Source: Deinococcales bacterium
GTDB lineage: Bacteria; Deinococcota; Deinococci; Deinococcales; JAAFIG01
DNA length: 37,407 nucleotides
Direction: 5' to 3'
NCBI GenBank assembly: GCA_043730305.1
Contig: JAYTKL010000400.1
Span: 1-37,407, forward strand
This document shows positions 33,648-37,407 of this stretch, one piece after another (within the stretch, counting starts at the first letter, position 1; each line of letters begins with the position of its first letter). The notes under the pieces were generated by a model. The model ran no database searches. It had not been told where the DNA came from and was given only the letters and a program-made list of their open reading frames with translations. Both the position numbers and the translations under genes were made by a program.

Positions 33648-34022
33648 TTAGGCTTGAGCTTCGGGTTGTTCGGTTTCGCTGGTGTTATCGGCAGCAAAAT
33701 CATTGGCGACAATTTCATCATTGCCGACCAGCACAGGCAATTCGGTTGGTGCGGGTTGCAAGAGTTGCGCCAGCACGCTTTCACGGTCACGAATGGTCGC
33801 ATGAACCCGCTCGAGTTCGCGCACGATTGGCTCCAGGGCGCTCGAGTCGTTGCGTCCAAAATAGTAACTGCGCCCAAGGCGTGCAAACAGCACGTCGCGT
33901 TCGCGGTTGAGGTTGAGAATATCAAGCCGTACACGGGCAACTCGAGCACCCAATTCGCCTTTTTCTTTGGCAAATTCGTAGCCTTTGGATAAATTCTTTT
34001 TGAGGTTGTCTAACAGTCCCAT
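33648..34022 (-). CDS. Hypothetical coiled-coil protein with an acidic tail
   Basis: 124 aa. GAGGAG precedes the ATG. It begins MGLLDNLKKNLSKGYEFAKEKGELGARVARVRLDILNLNRERDVLFARLG.... I recognise no family. Confidence 0.5.
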   Translation of the reverse strand: MGLLDNLKKNLSKGYEFAKEKGELGARVARVRLDILNLNRERDVLFARLGRSYYFGRNDSSALEPIVRELERVHATIRDRESVLAQLLQPAPTELPVLVGNDEIVANDFAADNTSETEQPEAQA

Positions 34023-34122
34023 TTGGGTTTCTCCTCGGGAATTGATTGAGTCTCAGAAATTCCCATCACTATGGTACGCGGTAGTGACTTACAAAAAACT
34101 AACAAACCGTTTGGCTCGAATT

Positions 34123-35292
34123 CTATACTTTTAAAGCGATCACAGGCACGAGCATTTCGGCACTCGACCAGCCGCCGTGCGCCCCGAGCAAGGTCGAGGC
34201 GGTCTTGCGACCGCCAAACGTCCAATTAAATTGAATGCCGTCGTGTGCCACAGCGATCAGATCACCAATTCGAGATCGAAACGTCTCGAGTTCGGGCTTT
34301 CCACCAAACAAACCCGTGTCCCAGGCATCCTGGCTACGCATGGTTTGCGCGTACGGTTTTAAATATTCCTCGAGTTCTTCGATCATCCCGTCCTGCACCC
34401 GAAAATACCTCGAGAGTCGCTCACCTGCGGGCGCACCGCGCAACGTGCTGCGCAGAATTTTGTCACGCTCGAGATGCACCACTTTTTTCGGGTCAAGGTC
34501 GCGCTGCCCATGATCGGCGGTCAAGATAAACAGTGTTTTGCCGTCTCTGGGAAGCGTTTTTAAGAGTCTTGCCACGCACAAATCGAGAGCCGCCACCTCG
34601 TCGCTGGCGTGTTTGCTGCCAGGTCCGTGCTTGTGACAGACCGTGTCGTAATCGGGGTAATAGGCGCAAATGTACTGCGGCGCGTCCAGTTTCGGGTAAC
34701 TCGAGATAAGGCTTGGAATCGTGTTCGGGCTGAAATAACCACCCTGAAACGCGCCCTGCCAGTACCAGTCGTTCAAAAATGATCCCTTGTAAGCCCCTGG
34801 TTGCGCGGCAAAACATTGCACGCCCAGCTTCTCGAGCCGTGCGGTCAGGCTGATATGGCTTTTTAAGAATTCAGGGTTTTCAAGTTGGGTGCTGGTCTCG
34901 AGGTTTGCCAGGGCAATCATGTCAGTTACGGCGTTCACTTCCTCGAGCCAGAGCGTGTACCCGAGCCAACCGGTTTTGGCGGGCGGTGCCGCCATGTGAA
35001 TGCTGGTCACGGCGCTCATGGTGGTGCTGGGAAAAACACTGGTGATGGTGGTTGACACGGTATCTTGCCCAAGTAAAGTTTTGAGGTTTGGCGCGTCGCC
35101 GTCCGCCATGTGCCGCTCGAGTTGCCCCTGTCCCAAACCGTCGGCGATGAACAGCACCACGCGTTCCATGCCTTCAAAGGGCAGTGAATGTTTTAACGGC
35201 GCATAACCCGTCTTCAAACCGAAATGCGCGGCAATGCTCGATGACAGATTAAGGATACTGCCGTCGTTGTAATCTGGAAGAACTTTGGTCAA
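34123..35292 (-). CDS. Alkaline-phosphatase-superfamily protein (type I phosphodiesterase / nucleotide pyrophosphatase-like)
   Basis: 389 aa. VVLFIADGLGQGQL, VFPSTTMSAVTS, FILTADHGQ and LGAHGGWSSAEMLVP fit the metal-ligand and nucleophile blocks of the AP/NPP family. It starts at a TTG with GAAAGG upstream. Confidence 0.65.
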   Translation of the reverse strand: MTKVLPDYNDGSILNLSSSIAAHFGLKTGYAPLKHSLPFEGMERVVLFIADGLGQGQLERHMADGDAPNLKTLLGQDTVSTTITSVFPSTTMSAVTSIHMAAPPAKTGWLGYTLWLEEVNAVTDMIALANLETSTQLENPEFLKSHISLTARLEKLGVQCFAAQPGAYKGSFLNDWYWQGAFQGGYFSPNTIPSLISSYPKLDAPQYICAYYPDYDTVCHKHGPGSKHASDEVAALDLCVARLLKTLPRDGKTLFILTADHGQRDLDPKKVVHLERDKILRSTLRGAPAGERLSRYFRVQDGMIEELEEYLKPYAQTMRSQDAWDTGLFGGKPELETFRSRIGDLIAVAHDGIQFNWTFGGRKTASTLLGAHGGWSSAEMLVPVIALKV

Positions 35293-35349
35293 AAAAACCT
35301 TTCAAAAATCAATTGCAAAAGTGTACCCCAGTCTCTGGAATTTAGAGTC

Positions 35350-36192
35350 ATGAGGGTTAAAACCGCCTTGTACAACACCACAAAACGTCTCGTGGCGGTT
35401 GGCGTTCCCAGTCCAGATTCCGACGCCAGTTGGTTGCTCGAGGTGGTCATGAATGCCAGTTATTCGGATTTGTTCTTGATGTCGGAACAAGTTTTAACTC
35501 CAATTCAACTCGAGCAACTTGAAGGCTTTGTGATACGGCGTGAGGCTCGAGAACCTTTGCAATGGATCATTGGTTTCACCGAATTTTATGGTTTGAAAAT
35601 CGAGACTCGAGTTGGTGTGTTGATTCCGCGTCCAGAGACCGAAAGATTGGTTGAATTGGTGCTCGAGGATTTGCCAAACGCACCCGCCAAGGTGGTGGAC
35701 ATTGGCACTGGAACGGGCGCGATTGCCCTGGCGCTGAAAGCCGAACGTCCAAAACTCGAGATTCTGGCAACCGACATCAACGTAAAAGCGCTCGAATTGA
35801 CCCGCAAAAACGCTTTAACTTTAAAACTGAAACTTGAAACCGTTCAAACCTCGATTTTGGACGGAATTGATCGAATGTTCGACGCGATTGTTTCCAACCC
35901 ACCGTACTTGCCAGCCAGCGACGATGGCAAGCTGGATATCGAAGTGCAACTCGAGCCTTCAGAAGCTCTGTTTGGCGGCACTGACGGTTTGAGTCTGGCT
36001 CGGATGATCGTGAATGCGGCTCGAGAAACACTGAACGACGGTGGTTTATTGGCGCTCGAACTCGACCCGCGAAATGCCGCGACACTGGCAAGAGAACTCG
36101 AGCTTTCAATCTGGCAAGACGTGAGGCTCGAGGCTGATTTGGTCGGACGTGAACGGTTTGTGCTGGCACGCCGTAAGCTAAGGCATGAGTGA
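35350..36192 (+). CDS. prmC: Peptide chain release factor N5-glutamine methyltransferase
   Basis: REPLQWIIGFTEFYGLKIETRVGVLIPRPETE is present. The SAM-binding block is VVDIGTGTGAIALAL and the catalytic motif is VSNPPYLP. It overlaps ruvX by 8 nt. Confidence 0.85.
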   Translation: MRVKTALYNTTKRLVAVGVPSPDSDASWLLEVVMNASYSDLFLMSEQVLTPIQLEQLEGFVIRREAREPLQWIIGFTEFYGLKIETRVGVLIPRPETERLVELVLEDLPNAPAKVVDIGTGTGAIALALKAERPKLEILATDINVKALELTRKNALTLKLKLETVQTSILDGIDRMFDAIVSNPPYLPASDDGKLDIEVQLEPSEALFGGTDGLSLARMIVNAARETLNDGGLLALELDPRNAATLARELELSIWQDVRLEADLVGRERFVLARRKLRHE

Positions 36193-36631
36193 TTTACTTC
36201 CCGCAATTGCCTTAGACGTTGGGACTGCCCGAATTGGCTTCGCCGCCAGCGACACCCAGGGGCGTTTCGCCTTCCCCAAGGGCTACCATACCTGCGTCTC
36301 GCTCGAGCAAGATGTCCAGGCAATCAAAGATTTTATGAACGCCGAAAACGCTAAAGCGGTGATTGTGGGCTTGCCACTGCGCACCGACGGCGCAGATTCG
36401 CCGCAAACCCTGAAAGTCCGCAGTTTTGCGGCTTCGCTCCAGGCTGCGGGTTTAAACGTGATCCTGCAAGACGAACGCTTCTCGACCCGTATCGCCACAC
36501 AATCCTTATTGGCAGGCAGCAGCCGCAAAAAACGCCAGGAAAAAGGACGCACCGATGAAGCCAGCGCGATCAGCATTTTGGAAACCTGGCTCGAGAAACA
36601 ACGCATCAAAAGTGCTTTACAAAACCTTTAA
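36185..36631 (+). CDS. ruvX: Putative pre-16S rRNA nuclease / Holliday-junction-resolvase-like protein (YqgF family)
   Basis: ALDVGTARIGFAASD, VIVGLPLRTDG..SPQ, the V.SFA..L pattern, LQDERFST and DEASAISILETWL match the YqgF family pattern. Confidence 0.85.
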   Translation: MSDLLPAIALDVGTARIGFAASDTQGRFAFPKGYHTCVSLEQDVQAIKDFMNAENAKAVIVGLPLRTDGADSPQTLKVRSFAASLQAAGLNVILQDERFSTRIATQSLLAGSSRKKRQEKGRTDEASAISILETWLEKQRIKSALQNL

Positions 36632-36831
36632 GTTGTGATCTTGAATCCAGTGCATTTTGAAGCCCTAACGTAGCGTGACTGAGCATCACAAATCTGGGGC
36701 ATTCAACCCGTGCAAATTCAAAGAAAGCAGTAAAATAACCCATGTCAGAACCTCGAGCTTTCAACCATCAACGTCTTTGCGTTACCTCGCAAGCCGTTTT
36801 CAGTTTCCAAACCGTCAAGTAAGGAGTCCTT

Positions 36832-37407
36832 GTGAAGCGTTTTCCTCCCGTCAACATCTGGTTGATCGTGCTGGCACTGATTATGGTTGGGGTTTTAATT
36901 TCGATCAATGTACCACGCAGCAACGTTGACCCAATCAACTTTTCGGTTTTCATTGATTCGGTCAGCAAAAACGAAGTCAAGAGCGTTCGCATCAACACCG
37001 AGGGCGCAAACGTGATTTTGAACGGCGAAATGCAGGATGGTAAAAAATTCAGCACCGCCACCACCATCACCGACGATTGGAGCAGCCCAAGCTTCTTAAA
37101 AGACAAAGGCATCAAAAGCGTTGATGTGGACAACGGACAAGGCATGAACTGGCTCAATATTGTCTTCAACCTGCTTCCCATTGTGGCAATGGTCGGTCTG
37201 ATGTGGTTTTTGTTGCGCGGAATGCGCGGCGGTCAGGACGGCGCCATGAGTTTTGCCAAATCCAAAGCCAGAATCGTTCCAGAAGGCGCTCCCAAAACCA
37301 CTTTTAAGGACGTGGCGGGTTGCGACGAAGCCAAAGAAGAGCTTTCTGAAATCGTGGATTTTCTGAAGAACCCCGCCCGTTTTCACGACATCGGCGCGAG
37401 AATCCCT
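36832..37407 (+). CDS. ftsH: ATP-dependent zinc metalloprotease FtsH, N-terminal part (open at the right window edge)
   Basis: The GTG at 36832 is preceded by AAGGAG. It has two TM segments. The end ...MSFAKSKARIVPEGAPKTTFKDVAGCDEAKEELSEIVDFLKNPARFHDIGARIP is the conserved entry into the FtsH AAA module. It is absent from the ORF track because it has no stop codon in the window. Confidence 0.9.
   Translation, partial: MKRFPPVNIWLIVLALIMVGVLISINVPRSNVDPINFSVFIDSVSKNEVKSVRINTEGANVILNGEMQDGKKFSTATTITDDWSSPSFLKDKGIKSVDVDNGQGMNWLNIVFNLLPIVAMVGLMWFLLRGMRGGQDGAMSFAKSKARIVPEGAPKTTFKDVAGCDEAKEELSEIVDFLKNPARFHDIGARIP

Noticed and set aside
35350-36192. The NPPY-motif methyltransferase as the enzyme that might methylate CTCGAG.
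   Set aside because: The N-terminal HemK domain, overall length and conserved blocks identify it as the protein-glutamine methyltransferase PrmC. It is not a DNA methyltransferase.
1-37407. Whether the regularly recurring CTCGAG reflects a CRISPR array or another tandem repeat.
   Set aside because: The repeat is only 6 bp, its spacing is irregular, and most copies lie inside unrelated coding sequences. There is no repeat-spacer architecture and there are no cas genes.

Overview
37.4-kb bacterial chromosomal window; I found no rRNA, tRNA or CRISPR array. The left two thirds (about 1-28100) is accessory-looking. It holds a partial IS630 element, a lipoprotein gene that abuts that IS, and a TPR/winged-helix regulator preceded by a 58-aa signal-peptide ORF. 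It also holds three large STAND-type ATPase+TPR regulators (one LuxR-headed, two SARP/BTAD-headed paralogues). Between them lies an AT-rich island of secreted-protein and lipoprotein genes: a tail-collar fusion, a phospholipase-A2-like protein and several unknowns, with two pseudogene junction scars. The region ends with an RCC1/Calx-beta/repeat lipoprotein, a degenerate IS4-family transposase, an alkyltransferase-like (ATL) gene and a 1231-aa multidomain lipoprotein whose last ~230 codons are compositionally foreign. The right third is housekeeping: LysR, a CopC/CopD copper module, ModAB, an AP-superfamily phosphodiesterase, PrmC, RuvX and the 5' part of FtsH. The most striking signal belongs to no single gene. 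The palindromic hexamer CTCGAG occurs about 200 times by my manual count, against about 9 expected, in coding DNA of both strands, in all frames and in intergenic DNA. It is strongly depleted in the AT-rich and repeat-rich accessory segments. Other leads are a possible peptide/TPR-receptor signalling pair, 11-bp direct repeats upstream of a SARP gene with a leaderless-type promoter, and a duplication-bounded secreted-protein cassette. Domain calls rest on motif recognition by eye, not on database searches. I cannot assign the taxon.
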